A stretch of 63,979 bases of DNA from Chara braunii. Lineage: Eukaryota; Plantae; Charophyceae. A program made the translations under genes and the position numbers. This document shows, in pieces, positions 62,851-63,979 of this stretch. The notes beneath the pieces were generated by a model. It saw only the letters and a program-made list of their open reading frames with translations. It made no database searches and was not told where the DNA came from. The number at the start of each line of letters is the position of its first letter. The first letter of the stretch is position 1. Location of the stretch: NCBI GenBank assembly GCA_003427395.1, contig BFEA01000015.1, positions 1,919,225 through 1,983,203 of the forward strand, in the 5' to 3' direction.

Positions 62851-63341
62851 TGCGAAACGAAGAGAGAAACATGGAGGGACTCCGAGAGGCAGAGTGAGAG
62901 AATGTGAGAGCGGAACCAAGATGATGGGCAGACAAATAGAGAGAGGGGAACAAACAGATAGACACAGGAGTACAGAAATAGCGTGAGACAAAACGGAAGA
63001 GTCACAGAATATGGCTAAGAAGTTAGCAGAGATACCCAGTAACGCAGACTGGCGTACTGAGCCAGGGAGAGCAGATGATCGACAGACGCAGTGCATGCAC
63101 TGGCAACAATCAGAATGCATTCAATACAACAAACAGAGAGGTAGCAATGAAGCCTTGTACTTCAGATCTGTAGGGATCCCTGCGACCCCCTTAACACTAC
63201 GTACGCTACATGTGCAAACACATACAAAAGATGATGTAACATACTGGGACTCTGGAACCGATTTCCAGCAAGTGCTGCTCCCCACCAATAGATGGATCCT
63301 TCAACACTTAACGAGGATTTCTCAAAAAAAAAAAAGAGAAA

Positions 63342-63794
63342 ACTACAGTGCAGTCAGGGTTACAGTTTGTAATTGCATTTCCAAATGCGTTTTACTACGG
63401 TTTTAGCAGTTTAGTCAGGGCCTGAGTTTCAAATGCAGTTGAAACTCGGGCTGGCCTTTTTTAGCAGTTCAGTCAGGCACGTGGCCCGTTTTTTTTGTTT
63501 TTTTCCCGTTTTCTTTCCCCGCTTTTTTAATTTTGTTTTGTTTTGTTTTTTTCCGGTCATGTGGCGGGGCTACGGCCAAGATGTCTCAGCCACGCCCGAG
63601 AATTAAAAGAAAAAGGAAAAAAGCATCTTGTTGTGTGGCGGGGCCACGGCCGAGATGTCTTCTTTCTCTCAAGTACTAGTGATAAAAAAAAGCCAGCCCG
63701 AGTTTCAACTGCATTTGAAACTGGGGCCCTGACTAAACTGTGAAACGCTGTTTGAAATGCAATTACAAACTGTAACCCTGACTGCACCGTAGTT
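63342..63794. mobile_element. MITE with ~110-bp TIRs
   Basis: aactacagtgcagtcagggttacagtttgtaattgcattt...gtttcaaatgcagttgaaactcgggctggc is mirrored at 63685-63794. Confidence 0.85.
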
Positions 63795-63815
63795 ACCTCA
63801 GAAAAAAAAAAAGGA

Positions 63816-63979
63816 GGGAAGTACGTTTATGTCACATGGGAGTTTGTAATGGGCAAAAATAACACGAGTATGCAACTTTGTCATGGCCTGAGATTGAAAA
63901 GGCGGTTGTAACTCAGGCCGGCAGTGGTGTCAGGGTGGCAGTTTCGTTAAGGCGATTGTGATGTGTGTGTTTTTTTTGG
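63816..63979. mobile_element. Left end of MITE family seen at 17379
   Basis: gggaagta.gtttatgtcacatgggagtttgtaatgggca...ggccggcagtggtgtcaggg is shared with 17379-17500. Confidence 0.8.

Overview
Eukaryotic, repeat-saturated, gap-containing region with no recognisable host gene, rRNA, tRNA or CRISPR array. The transposon content and peptide motifs resemble the charophyte alga Chara braunii, but that is recall-based inference, not a search result. The window holds nested and decayed transposable elements. (i) A Ty3/Gypsy chromovirus ('A') whose 5' LTR+PBS (5613-6743) is inverted relative to its gag-pol and 3' LTR (10780-16888). Its TSD and the interrupted L1 show both halves are one element split by an inversion or misjoin. 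(ii) Three diverged copies of a ~2.4-kb LTR family ('X') carrying a protein-coding ORF inside the LTR, plus a short X terminus next to a PBS. (iii) A stand-alone PHD-finger + Gypsy-type integrase pseudogene resembling a Ginger DNA transposase. (iv) A near full-length degenerate L1-clade LINE (38.0-43.7 kb) and several L1 fragments. (v) An internally deleted chromovirus ('Z', 48159-52556). (vi) A Harbinger-type Myb/SANT remnant, a Penelope-like RT fragment, several MITEs and palindromes. (vii) About 14 copies of short poly(A)-tailed SINE-like elements, most of which carry a covarying RNA hairpin. All alignments were done by eye and coordinates of decayed elements are approximate.
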